64,000 nucleotides of DNA from Candidatus Methanosuratincola verstraetei (GCA_049570475.1 CP186953.1:768001-832000), one strand, 5' to 3'. Shown: positions 19,281 through 28,980, numbered from the stretch's first letter. The notes: generated by a model from the letters alone, not told the origin. Numbers and translations are program-made.

Positions 19281-20600
19281 TTATCTTATCTTTATATGCT
19301 GATAGGCATCGGTTTGGTTAGAGAAGCAGTATTGGACCTTCTGGAACGGGGCACGCAGCTCTGAAACCTTTTGGGCCACTTCCTTTGGATCGTCCCCATC
19401 AACTATAACTGACTTCATCAATTCAGCGATCTCTACCATCTCTGATTTCTTCATCCCAAGGCGTGTCAATTCCTGTGTACCAAGCCGGATCCCGCCAGGA
19501 GCCCTGTAGTCCCTCCCCATCTTCTTGTCGTAAGGAAGAAGGTTCCTGTTCACGATAATGTTAGCAGCTTCCAATTTCTTCTCAATTTCAAAGCCGTTGC
19601 CGTATTTGGTGACGTCAACTAGAACTATGTGCGACTCAGTAAATCCTCTCTTTTCATAGAGGGCATCTATGCCGCGCTCATAAAGAGCTTGTGCTAAGGC
19701 CTTGGAATTCATCACAATCGCCCTTGCGTATTCCTTGTAGAATTCCATAGCCTCCGCGAATGCTATTGCAACCCCTGCCACTGCATGAAGATGGTGATTG
19801 CTCGACAAACCAGGGAAAACAGCCTTCTTTAATGGTTCTGCGTACTTTTCCCATGAAACGATGGTACCATGCTGCGGACCTGCCAGGGTCTTGTGGGTGC
19901 TCATAGTCATGGCGTCCACGCCGTCGTTCAGGGGGTCTTGAAAGATCCCGCCAGCAATTAGGCCTGCTACATGAGCGGCATCGTAAACTACCTTCGCACC
20001 GTAAGTCTTCGCAAGATCCACTATCTCCTTAACGGGGTGTGGGAAGAGAAACACGCTCGCGCCAAGGATAAACATCTTCGGTTTTTTGCCCTGAGCATCC
20101 AATTCACGAACCATCTTCTCGGTCTCGTCTAGATCGATGTTGAAATCATCTATATCAAATGGATAATTCTGAACGTCAAGCTTCCTTATCAATCCGGCCG
20201 TGCCGCCCAACTTCTCCTTGGCATGGCTTATGTGACCCCCAGTTGGTATGGAGCACGAGAAGATCACATCCCCCGGGTTGGTGAATGCGGAGAAGGTCGC
20301 CAGGTTTGCGAAAACGCCTGAGATGGGTCTTACGTCAACAAATTCGCCATGGAAGAGGGCTTTCCCCAATTCGATCGCAATGCTCTCGACTTCATCTAGA
20401 TATTTACACCCCGCATAAACACGCTCGCCAACCCAGCCTTCGGCATATCGGTTTCCAAAATCGCTTGCCAAGGCTTCCCTAACCGAAGGGCTCGGGACGT
20501 TTTCGCTGGCTATCATTGGTAAGGAGGTTGTTAATGCACGGTGGTGATCCTCTATACTTTTCAGGACGCGCTCGAACTTTTCTCTGTTTGAATCTGGCAT
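19281..20600 (-). CDS. glyA: Serine hydroxymethyltransferase (archaeal type)
   Basis: MIASEN, RYAEG, YDAAHVAGLIAG, PLP-lysine motif STHKTLAGPQ, GIRLGT. Confidence 0.96.
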   Translation of the reverse strand: MPDSNREKFERVLKSIEDHHRALTTSLPMIASENVPSPSVREALASDFGNRYAEGWVGERVYAGCKYLDEVESIAIELGKALFHGEFVDVRPISGVFANLATFSAFTNPGDVIFSCSIPTGGHISHAKEKLGGTAGLIRKLDVQNYPFDIDDFNIDLDETEKMVRELDAQGKKPKMFILGASVFLFPHPVKEIVDLAKTYGAKVVYDAAHVAGLIAGGIFQDPLNDGVDAMTMSTHKTLAGPQHGTIVSWEKYAEPLKKAVFPGLSSNHHLHAVAGVAIAFAEAMEFYKEYARAIVMNSKALAQALYERGIDALYEKRGFTESHIVLVDVTKYGNGFEIEKKLEAANIIVNRNLLPYDKKMGRDYRAPGGIRLGTQELTRLGMKKSEMVEIAELMKSVIVDGDDPKEVAQKVSELRAPFQKVQYCFSNQTDAYQHIKIR

Positions 20601-20700
20601 AGAGATGCCTCCTAGCAAGAAACAACTTATTATTGGATTAAGGGCATAATATACATAATGTTTAAAAATAATGGAGTGATCTCCTGAAGAGGTGGTTGCT

Positions 20701-20868
20701 TTGCCAGGTAAGCAGAAAGAAAGGGCGCCAATGCCAATGTCTGGCGCGGGGTTGATGAGGTTCTTCGAAGATGAGACGCATGGAATAAAGATAAGACCCC
20801 ACTACGTCGTTATTGCATCGATCATGCTGATGGGGACCGTAATTCTGGCACATGTCCTCTTCGGCTAG
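20701..20868 (+). CDS. secG: Preprotein translocase subunit Sec61-beta (SecG)
   Basis: Manual translation MPGKQKERAPMPMSGAGLMRFFEDETHGIKIRPHYVVIASIMLMGTVILAHVLFG; GAGLMRFF signature plus TM helix; GAGGTG RBS upstream. Confidence 0.92.
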   Translation: MPGKQKERAPMPMSGAGLMRFFEDETHGIKIRPHYVVIASIMLMGTVILAHVLFG

Positions 20869-20872
20869 TTAG

Positions 20873-21868
20873 CTAGACTTCAAGAGGGGCTGAATCGAAC
20901 CCCAACCTTTTAAGTTTGTTAGCAAAGATTTCTGAGTAACCGTGGATCGTATAGACTTTTTTCGGGTTGCATTCTTTAACGAAGCTCAATAGTTGCAGGT
21001 AATCAGCATGGCTGCTGAGGACGAAAGTTGTGTCAGCGCTTCTTTTTCCGAAGGTCAGCCCCCAACCGGTTACTGTCGCCACCCTGGCTCTCGGGTATAC
21101 CATCTTTATAGCCCTGCTATTGAGGGAAGTTGGGAAGAGGCATACGCAATTACCTGACTTGAGTATTTCCTCTCCAGCACCGGCTAGGTCATAAAAAGCC
21201 AGGTCTCCCCCGAACGAGTTCACGGTTGCATTTGCCCTCGTTATTGAAGGGTGTGTGACTACCGGGATTGAGGTGAAGAGGTTGAACAGCCGCGTAATCT
21301 CCTGTGCCTTTCCGACGGGGTAAACCAGGAAGCAAGGGATATCGCCATGCATTATTGTGGAGGCAGCCCACTGAACTATCTGGTCATAGACGTCCTCACG
21401 GCTGGGGAAAACAAAGTCTGGACGGCCATAGGTTGTCTCGATAACGAGAATATCACATTCCTGAGGGGAGATGGCATTCTGGGTTAATGTATTAGCAAAA
21501 TTGAAGTCTCCCGTGTAAAAAAAAGTCACATTGTCATGCACTAGAAGGAGCGCTGCTGAACCAAAAACATGCCCGGAATTCACCACTTTTAGTCTCGTGT
21601 CATGGACGGAGAGACTCTGACCATAGGCGCATGATACGACGTTTTTTGTCTTTCGATCAGCGACTGCTTCGTAGAGTGCGGCTGTCTCTTTAGTCGAATA
21701 CTTGATTTTGTTGGAGTCGGTAAAGGCATTAGTGTGGTCCATGTGGGCGTGGGAAATGAATGCAAAGTCTGCGGACTCGACCTTTTTCATAGGGTCGAGA
21801 ACTATGGAAAACCCTTTTGACTCCACAAGAACCCCGTTCTGCCATTTTACCGAGAACAAACACCGCAC
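20873..21868 (-). CDS. Metallo-beta-lactamase/beta-CASP-like nuclease
   Basis: SHAHMDH, SGHVFGS, YTGD, ETTYG, LSSHAD, IHG motifs. Confidence 0.88.
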   Translation of the reverse strand: MRCLFSVKWQNGVLVESKGFSIVLDPMKKVESADFAFISHAHMDHTNAFTDSNKIKYSTKETAALYEAVADRKTKNVVSCAYGQSLSVHDTRLKVVNSGHVFGSAALLLVHDNVTFFYTGDFNFANTLTQNAISPQECDILVIETTYGRPDFVFPSREDVYDQIVQWAASTIMHGDIPCFLVYPVGKAQEITRLFNLFTSIPVVTHPSITRANATVNSFGGDLAFYDLAGAGEEILKSGNCVCLFPTSLNSRAIKMVYPRARVATVTGWGLTFGKRSADTTFVLSSHADYLQLLSFVKECNPKKVYTIHGYSEIFANKLKRLGFDSAPLEV

Positions 21869-21942
21869 CCGACATACAGGGTTCTTCTGAATAAGTTTTT
21901 AACTTTTGTTGAATAGCAAGTTATCGATGAGATGATAATCAG

Positions 21943-23724
21943 TTGGACTTTACTTCTCAATTGATGAAAAAGTATAGATCTTTTTTTAGTTTGCCCAGCA
22001 AATCAATCTTAGCAGTCCAAATCATGCTTATTGGAATGTTGTTTTGCACCATCTCATACTGGCTTGCATTGGGCTCAGAAGGGATCACTGTTGGTCTGAT
22101 TGACGGTGCGATCTCGCTTGGTTTGTCAGGAATAATATGCGGACATATGATATGCAAGAAGGACGGGTTTTTGACTGCAAGGAGAGCGTTAGGCCTGATT
22201 TTATTCGGAATAATTTTTGTCGGGATTGGCATATTGATTGGCGGGCTATTAGCCAAGGCATTTGTAAACAGTTTGATCCTCGAGCGAACATATTTCCTGA
22301 CTTGCGGAGTCGTAGTTGTTTACGAATACATAGTTATTGCGGCAGTTTCCAAGGATAAAGGCATCAGAGAGTTGTTTGAAAGCCTGGCGCAACCGACTTC
22401 AATAGTACTCGTGCATTCAGCTGTGATCTTTATTTTTGAAGGGATCCTTTTTGCTTATGGAGTTCTCATGTTTATCCTGACTTGCGCAGTCTCAATCATG
22501 ACTGCGAAACTCTATTATTCAAGGATAGAGGACGTTGGGAAAAAAATCCTTGGCGTTGGGAGCGTTTCCTTGTTCAGGTCTTTCATAGCCTCATTCATTC
22601 TTGACGAAAGCGAATTTCTTGAAAATGACCTGAAAAGGCTTTCAGTTACCAAGGATGTTGAAATCAGGACACTCAGTTTCAAAAATGAAAATGGAAGATG
22701 TCTCCTTGTTGCTCCCTTAGTTCACCCGGGTCCTTTTAGAAACGTGGGGGGCGCGGCATTGCCTACTGCCCTGGCCGAAAGCTTAGCTGGGGCAGGGATA
22801 GTCCCGCTCATATTCCACACCCCCACGACCCACGAAGACGATCCAGTCTCAAGCGAGGATTGCAGGAGGGCAATAAGCGCAGTGATTAACGCCAATTACT
22901 CCGAAGGCGATTTCAAAGCCTCAAAGCCATCGAGCAGCAAGGTGGGAAGGGTCACAGTCACCGTCCAGATTTTTGGTAAAACCCCCCTTATTGTGATTAC
23001 CAGATCCCCTATCCCCACAGAGGATTTGCCTAGGCATGTGCACGACATCTGCATCAAAAAATTAGCCGAAAAAGGCTATTTTGATGGAGTCGTGGTGGAT
23101 GCACATAATTCGATGGACAAGGAATATGAGCCTTTTGAAAAACAAGATGAGGAAGATCTCCTTGCAGCTTTAGAAAAGTCTTTGGCGGCAGCCGAGGAAA
23201 CGGGAGACTTGTTTGCAGGCTTTTCGCAGTCAAGGCTCGAGGGGTTCACCAGGAAGGACGGAATTGGCGAAGGCGGAGTAATGGTTCTGGTAACCCAAGT
23301 CAACAGCTGCAAGGCAGCCTTCGTCTCGCTTGACGGTAACAACCTTATGTGCGGCATCAGGGAAAGAATAAAAGAAGAGCTCTCAAAGATCGGGTACGAG
23401 ATTTCTGAGATAGCAACCACAGACACGCATGTGGTGACGGGCACAGCTGGAGGGCAAGGGTACCACGTCCTCGGAAAGATCGTTCCAGAGGGGGCGCTAA
23501 TCAAAAAAATAGTCAAAACTGTAAAAGAGGCGGAGTCTAAGATCTCCAAGTGTGGAGTCGAATTTTCTAAACACGTTTTAAGGGACGTGAACCTGCTCGG
23601 GCAGCAAGGGCTTGAAGTGCTGTGGTCGCTGACCGAAGAGTCGATACATGTTGCAAAACGGGGGATAGTTTGGTTACTCGGGGCACCCATCATTTTTGCT
23701 ACCGTGCTTTTTTTAATTTTTTGA
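21943..23724 (+). CDS. DUF2070-family membrane protein
   Basis: N-terminal TM bundle; VHPGPF...GG, THEDD, VDAHN, DGNN, TTDTH. Confidence 0.85.
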   Translation: MDFTSQLMKKYRSFFSLPSKSILAVQIMLIGMLFCTISYWLALGSEGITVGLIDGAISLGLSGIICGHMICKKDGFLTARRALGLILFGIIFVGIGILIGGLLAKAFVNSLILERTYFLTCGVVVVYEYIVIAAVSKDKGIRELFESLAQPTSIVLVHSAVIFIFEGILFAYGVLMFILTCAVSIMTAKLYYSRIEDVGKKILGVGSVSLFRSFIASFILDESEFLENDLKRLSVTKDVEIRTLSFKNENGRCLLVAPLVHPGPFRNVGGAALPTALAESLAGAGIVPLIFHTPTTHEDDPVSSEDCRRAISAVINANYSEGDFKASKPSSSKVGRVTVTVQIFGKTPLIVITRSPIPTEDLPRHVHDICIKKLAEKGYFDGVVVDAHNSMDKEYEPFEKQDEEDLLAALEKSLAAAEETGDLFAGFSQSRLEGFTRKDGIGEGGVMVLVTQVNSCKAAFVSLDGNNLMCGIRERIKEELSKIGYEISEIATTDTHVVTGTAGGQGYHVLGKIVPEGALIKKIVKTVKEAESKISKCGVEFSKHVLRDVNLLGQQGLEVLWSLTEESIHVAKRGIVWLLGAPIIFATVLFLIF

Positions 23725-23968
23725 ATCACACACTCGACTTCCAGTCACATTTGTCGGATCGAGTCACGGCATCCATGGAAAATGAAGGTTTTTCATAGGA
23801 TCATCATCAACTCATGATAATAGAAGAATATCAAGGGTTTGGCATGATGCACGATCATGCTGTTTGATGGTGTTTCTAGTAGTCCTCATGGGCCTCTTTC
23901 TTTAAATTCCAAGAAAGGTGCCGATTCAAGACGTCTCTCTTTGATATTGTTGTGATTCGTGATATTAA

Positions 23969-26287
23969 TCACAAGATACGCGAAGAAGCAACAAGGGATT
24001 GTCCTAAGGAAACGCAACCATCTCCGCAAGGATAATTTTTATGGTTTATGAATTTTTTGTTATTTTTTAAAACTTTAGATTTTATGGAATTATAAATTAA
24101 AATGTTTGCAGCCGCCCCTCCTGTGAGTCCGATTGTTTCAATGCCATATTGTTCGGCCAGCAGGCATGCAACCTCGGCCAGAGAGTTGCCTATACATTTG
24201 TGCAGCGCAAAAGCAATATCTTTATTGTTGAAACGATTTTTTATATCAAAAATTTCATTTACTAATTTACCGGTCTTAAATACATATACTCCATTTTCTC
24301 TTACATACTCAAGCATTAGTTCAATTTCGCCTGGATTGCCAGAAAGTGCTAGAGACTCCAAGCGCATAGGAGGCTCCCCCTCATACGTCCTTAGCCAGCA
24401 AACATCAAGTGCAACAGAGAGTGCGTCCAAAAATCTGCCTAAACTTGTTGTTTTTAATGCCCCTGGTTCTTTGCACTGTTTTAAAACTATCCTTAATTCT
24501 TCAATTCCATGTTTAAAGTACTTATTTGCATTATTTTCTAACAGTTTTTCAACATCTGAATTAGACATTGTTGAGCTTAGGATCGAGGCAAGCATCCGGG
24601 CAGGGTAATACGCGCACATGTCCCCTCCTGGCATTGCATGCGGCTCAAGATGCGCTACACGAGTGAAATCGGAGTACCCAGCGACGATTATCTCTCCACC
24701 CCACGAATTTCCGTCAAGTCCATAGCCAGCCCCGTCTATCACTATTGCCAAAATGCGCTCATCCAAGCCAATCCCATTCTCAGCCATCAATGCAGCGGCA
24801 TGCGCGTGGTGATGCTGAACGTGGATGATGGAGGAACCCACTTCTTCAGAGAGCTCCTCTGCGTAACGTCTTGTCAAGAAGGCTGGATTCATGTCGCAAG
24901 CGATCACATCAGGTTTTTTAAGGTCATACGTTTTTTCAATAAAGGTAATTGCATTTTTCATAAAATCCAAAGTTTCTAGTTCGTCAACATCTCCTATGTG
25001 TTGTGTCGTTATAATTTGATCTTTCACAAAAAGAGAGGCATTATTGTTCAATTCTCCACCTAGACCAAGTATGTACTTATTGCCTACCGACCACCCAACA
25101 CGAAGGTAAGATGGAGAGTACCCACGGGATTTTCTCAGAAAGACGCTATCAGCTCCCAAAGATTTAATCACAGAGTCGTCACACCGATTTACGATTTCCC
25201 TGTTGTGGATTAGGAAGTAGTCTGCAACGCCATTTAGCTCGGTCAGGGCAGTTTTTTCATCGATAATCATCGGCCTGCCAGGATAATTTGCAGAAGTCAT
25301 AACCAGAGCTTCCTTTTGGAAAGCGCGCAATAAAAGAAGATGAATACCTGTGTAGGGCAGCATGACGCCTATGAAGTTAAGGCCGGGAGCCACAGAGTCT
25401 GCGAGATTGTATGCGTCTGATTTTTTCATGAGGACAATAGGACGGGCTGGGGAGAGCAGTAGCTGAGCGTCGACCGCCCCTACTTCTGCAAAGTGTTTTA
25501 TTTTTTCGATTGAAAGAGACATTATTGCGAATGGTTGTTTGGGGCGACGTCTTCTTCTCCTTAGCTCCGATACCGAGGACTCATCTAAGGCGTTTACGGC
25601 TAAGTGAAAACCACCAATCCCCTTAATTGCAACAATTGAACCCTCTAAAAGCAACTCGGCTGCCGAACAAATTGGATCTTTTGATTCTACTTTTTTTCCA
25701 GAAGCATCTAAAAGTGTCAATTTTGGGCCACATTGCGGGCATGCAAAACCTTGCGCATCATACCTGCGATCTTTTGGATCGAGATACTCGCGCAGGCATT
25801 CAGGACAAAAAGGAAAGGCGCCCATCGACGTGTTCACACGATCGTACGGTAGTTTGCGAATCATTGTGAAGCGCGGACCACATTGCGCACACGAAGTGAA
25901 AGGGTAGCCACTATACCGACTTTCACCTATAATTTCTGTGATACATAAATCACAGATACCCAGATCCACAGGTATCACAGATCTCACAGAAATTATTCTT
26001 TCCTGGCTTTCCGAGATCCTAAATCCCGAGAAGTCATAGCTGGGCTCGCTCCAAGTTATCTCAATCTCATCTATGCGTGAAACAGAGGGTTTCTTCTTTG
26101 GAATGTCTTCAATAAACTCCTTAAGAGCAGACTCGTCGCCTTCAACAACCACCTCGACGCCAGCATCTGCCAAATTCGAAACAAATCCGCAAAGTCCCTT
26201 GGAGGTCGCCAGGCTATAGATAAAAGGTCTAAAGCCGACTCCTTGGACTGACCCTCGGATGTAAAGATGTGCGCGCCGAACCCCCAT
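23969..26287 (-). CDS. hypF: Hydrogenase maturation carbamoyltransferase HypF
   Basis: GSVQGVGFRPF acylphosphatase domain, Zn fingers CAQCGPRF, KGIGGFHL, QHHHAH, DGAGYG. Confidence 0.96.
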   Translation of the reverse strand: MGVRRAHLYIRGSVQGVGFRPFIYSLATSKGLCGFVSNLADAGVEVVVEGDESALKEFIEDIPKKKPSVSRIDEIEITWSEPSYDFSGFRISESQERIISVRSVIPVDLGICDLCITEIIGESRYSGYPFTSCAQCGPRFTMIRKLPYDRVNTSMGAFPFCPECLREYLDPKDRRYDAQGFACPQCGPKLTLLDASGKKVESKDPICSAAELLLEGSIVAIKGIGGFHLAVNALDESSVSELRRRRRRPKQPFAIMSLSIEKIKHFAEVGAVDAQLLLSPARPIVLMKKSDAYNLADSVAPGLNFIGVMLPYTGIHLLLLRAFQKEALVMTSANYPGRPMIIDEKTALTELNGVADYFLIHNREIVNRCDDSVIKSLGADSVFLRKSRGYSPSYLRVGWSVGNKYILGLGGELNNNASLFVKDQIITTQHIGDVDELETLDFMKNAITFIEKTYDLKKPDVIACDMNPAFLTRRYAEELSEEVGSSIIHVQHHHAHAAALMAENGIGLDERILAIVIDGAGYGLDGNSWGGEIIVAGYSDFTRVAHLEPHAMPGGDMCAYYPARMLASILSSTMSNSDVEKLLENNANKYFKHGIEELRIVLKQCKEPGALKTTSLGRFLDALSVALDVCWLRTYEGEPPMRLESLALSGNPGEIELMLEYVRENGVYVFKTGKLVNEIFDIKNRFNNKDIAFALHKCIGNSLAEVACLLAEQYGIETIGLTGGAAANILIYNSIKSKVLKNNKKFINHKNYPCGDGCVSLGQSLVASSRIL

Positions 26288-26344
26288 ACACTACACCATA
26301 ACCTAAATAATCATCATCTAGATATTATCAAAAGAGGCTATTAT

Positions 26345-26908
26345 ATGGTCTCTTTGCCCACTCCGCACGATATCAGGGCAATGAGAAAGAAGGCTGGACT
26401 GACTCAAGCACAACTAGCGAAAAAGGCCGGTGTGAGCCAGGCACTAATTGCCAGGATTGAAGCAGGAAGCATCGATCCGAGAATATCCACTTTGCGCAAG
26501 ATCCTCGCGGCGCTAAATGCCGGAGAAGGGAATAAGGCCAAAATAAAAGATGTAATGCATACTCCAATAATAACCATTGGAATTGACGAGACCATCGAGA
26601 AGGCAGTAGAGTTAATGTGGAAAAATGGCATTTCACAACTTCCCGTCGTAGAAAATGAGAAGGTTGTGGGAAGCATAAGGGAGGAGACAATACTAAAAGA
26701 AGTCGCCAAAGGATCGATAAAAGACCTCTTTAAACAAAAAGTCGAAAGTTTTGTGGAGGACGGATTTCCTATTGTGAGCATTAACACAGACATTGACGAA
26801 GTAGTACGCTTATTGTCTACTAAGAGCCCTGCCGTCCTAGTGAGTGATCATGGAACGATGGTAGGAATCGTGACCAAAATAGACCTAATCGCCAAGCATT
26901 CGTTGTGA
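26345..26908 (+). CDS. XRE-HTH + CBS-pair transcriptional regulator
   Basis: GLTQAQLAKKAGVSQALIARIEAG followed by two CBS motifs. Confidence 0.9.
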   Translation: MVSLPTPHDIRAMRKKAGLTQAQLAKKAGVSQALIARIEAGSIDPRISTLRKILAALNAGEGNKAKIKDVMHTPIITIGIDETIEKAVELMWKNGISQLPVVENEKVVGSIREETILKEVAKGSIKDLFKQKVESFVEDGFPIVSINTDIDEVVRLLSTKSPAVLVSDHGTMVGIVTKIDLIAKHSL

Positions 26909-27058
26909 TTGTGAGGATTTAGTGATATTAAATCACGCTGATGTGAGTGGTAGTGCACAGGTAAATAAATTTTTGTGATAACAAGTCACTCACAACCGAA
27001 AACCTTAAAATATCAAAATTACAAAGTGATATTAAGATGCGCTACAAAGGTGTCATGA

Positions 27059-27691
27059 GTGAGCTTCCAAGACAGAAGCGAGAAAGTGATGGACGAATTC
27101 AAGGTTGAGCTTGCGCTTCTAAGGAGAGATCTAGTGGAAAGACTGAGGAGGATAGAAGAGTATATCACCTTCTTGGAGTCGGACATTGGCAGAATAAGAC
27201 TGGATCTACAGAGGATCAACGACAAGATCACAGACATTGCGGATAGAGATGCCGGACAACCCAACATAACCAGCATTCCAACAATTCCGAAGTCGCAGGA
27301 AACAACTAAAACAGAGCCGAGCAGACTTCAACCGCCCTTGCAGACCCAGACGCCAATACAAGAACTGGCAACGATACCTTCAACAACACCAACACCTACG
27401 GCCCTACGAACTGCGACCCCAGATCAGAAGGCACCTGAACGCAAAGAATCTCTGAACCAAACCGAAATTGCCATCATAAAGTACTTGATTGAGAACCCGA
27501 GCACAAAAAGCGCTACGCCAATTGCGTCCGCAATTAACAAAGCCAGGGAACATGTAGCCAGGACTTTGAAGAAGTTGGCTGATGAGAAGAAAATAATCAG
27601 GGACGAAACGACCTGGCCTTATTCATACATTGTGCCCGAGGAGATCAAGAAGATTGTGCTCGAGGAGACGCAGCCCTCCGCACAGGTCTAA
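27059..27691 (+). CDS. Coiled-coil, Pro/Thr linker and C-terminal winged-HTH protein
   Basis: Heptad N-terminus; low-complexity linker; LNQTEIAIIKYL...KAREHVARTLKKLADEKKIIRD...PYSY wHTH. Confidence 0.78.
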   Translation: MSFQDRSEKVMDEFKVELALLRRDLVERLRRIEEYITFLESDIGRIRLDLQRINDKITDIADRDAGQPNITSIPTIPKSQETTKTEPSRLQPPLQTQTPIQELATIPSTTPTPTALRTATPDQKAPERKESLNQTEIAIIKYLIENPSTKSATPIASAINKAREHVARTLKKLADEKKIIRDETTWPYSYIVPEEIKKIVLEETQPSAQV

Positions 27692-27694
27692 AAA

Positions 27695-28102
27695 TCACAG
27701 CTCATTAACCATTCTCAAGTCTATCTTATCAGCAGGCAGGTCGGATACCAACCTATATTGCCAACAAGCCCTGTTTCCTTTTCGTTCCAGATATCCATTA
27801 CTATAGAGCCTCGTTAAGTATGTGGAAATAGTACTAGGCTTGATTGGTTCATGAAAACGTTCTTGGAACAGGAGAGACAAATCCTTGCTCGTGAACCAGA
27901 CTTTGCTCAAGTCCTCGGTAATCACATTGAGAAGTTTTTCTTTAGTGGTCTTTGTAGTTGTGGATGTGGGTGTTTGAACTGTGGTTTCATTATCTATAAT
28001 CTGCAGAATCTTGAGGAGCTTGTCTTTGGCCGTTTGCCCACTTAACGCTACTGTGATTTGTTCGCCGTTAGTGTCACAGATTTCGATCTTAATGCGTTTC
28101 AC
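27695..28102 (-). CDS. Small winged-HTH DNA-binding protein
   Basis: WFTSKDL...IKPSTISTYLTRLYSNGYLERKG...YRL wHTH; short beta-rich N-terminal domain. Confidence 0.78.
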   Translation of the reverse strand: MKRIKIEICDTNGEQITVALSGQTAKDKLLKILQIIDNETTVQTPTSTTTKTTKEKLLNVITEDLSKVWFTSKDLSLLFQERFHEPIKPSTISTYLTRLYSNGYLERKGNRACWQYRLVSDLPADKIDLRMVNEL

Positions 28103-28299
28103 ATGACCCCACCACAGTAGCAGCTAGAGTTAACTCCTTCACAAGTATATGAGCGTATTGTGGTTTTCATAGCGTTGTAAAATAAGAAAATTTTAATGAT
28201 GATTATGTAAAAAAAAGGAAAAATTCGAACGTTTATACTCAATGGAGTAAATCACAAGTGAATTAGAGCAAAATACTTTCATATTTAGTTCATTCACTA

Positions 28300-28980
28300 A
28301 CTTCGAGTGGAAGTGAAGGGGTGAACTGTAACGCGGCCTAGCACGATGACAAAGCATTAATATCACATTGTGACTATGACATGAAAATGATGCTAAAACC
28401 GCGCTCTGTAATGGCGTCGCTCTTTAATGAACTATTACAAAGTCACTTTTTGGGATCAGAGAGGAAAGCATCTAGATTATTTTTTACCAAGACTTCAAGA
28501 TTTGATGATCTAAATACACCATCAAAAATCTAAAAATACCATCAACAGAGCCTCTGATGATAGATAACTTTAAATATAGGAAATCAGGATGTCAATGTGA
28601 GTTTAAAATAGACCGTTTAAAAGTGAATTATTTTATCGAGTTTTGATGATAAGTTGTAACACTATAGTTACATAAAACAAACATTTTCATATGGCTTTGC
28701 AGACCTCCAGCAGGCAAGAATCTGGATTTTTTATGTATCTACTATGTTACATAAAACGAGTTAGCTAGCCTTGAAAAAAGACTGCTAAATAGTTTGAGGC
28801 CCTTGTTTGACCCAATAGTTGGATGCTGTTTGAACAAGCTTTACAAAATCCACAGTGTATTTCTACTGGAAGCCTGTTTTAAATGAACATTTAAAAAAAG
28901 GAGGATTAACTTTAAATAGATTAGGTAATCGCCAAGAGCGAACCATCAAACCCTGGCACCCCTATTCTTCGCCTGGAAGT
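28300..28980. other. Candidate replication origin (oriC): inverted ORB-like boxes around an AT-rich tract
   Basis: ACTTCGAGTGGAAGTGAAGGGGTG at 28300-28323 (+) and ACTTCCAGGCGAAGAATAGGGGTG at 28980-28957 (-), 18/24 identical with G-strings pointing inward; third TTCCAGTAGAAA box on (-) near 28860-28871. Confidence 0.7.
28650..28756. repeat. Two 28-bp imperfect palindromes (11-6-11) in direct repeat
   Basis: TAAGTTGTAAC-ACTATA-GTTACATAAAA at 28650-28677 and TTTTATGTATC-TACTAT-GTTACATAAAA at 28729-28756. Confidence 0.8.
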
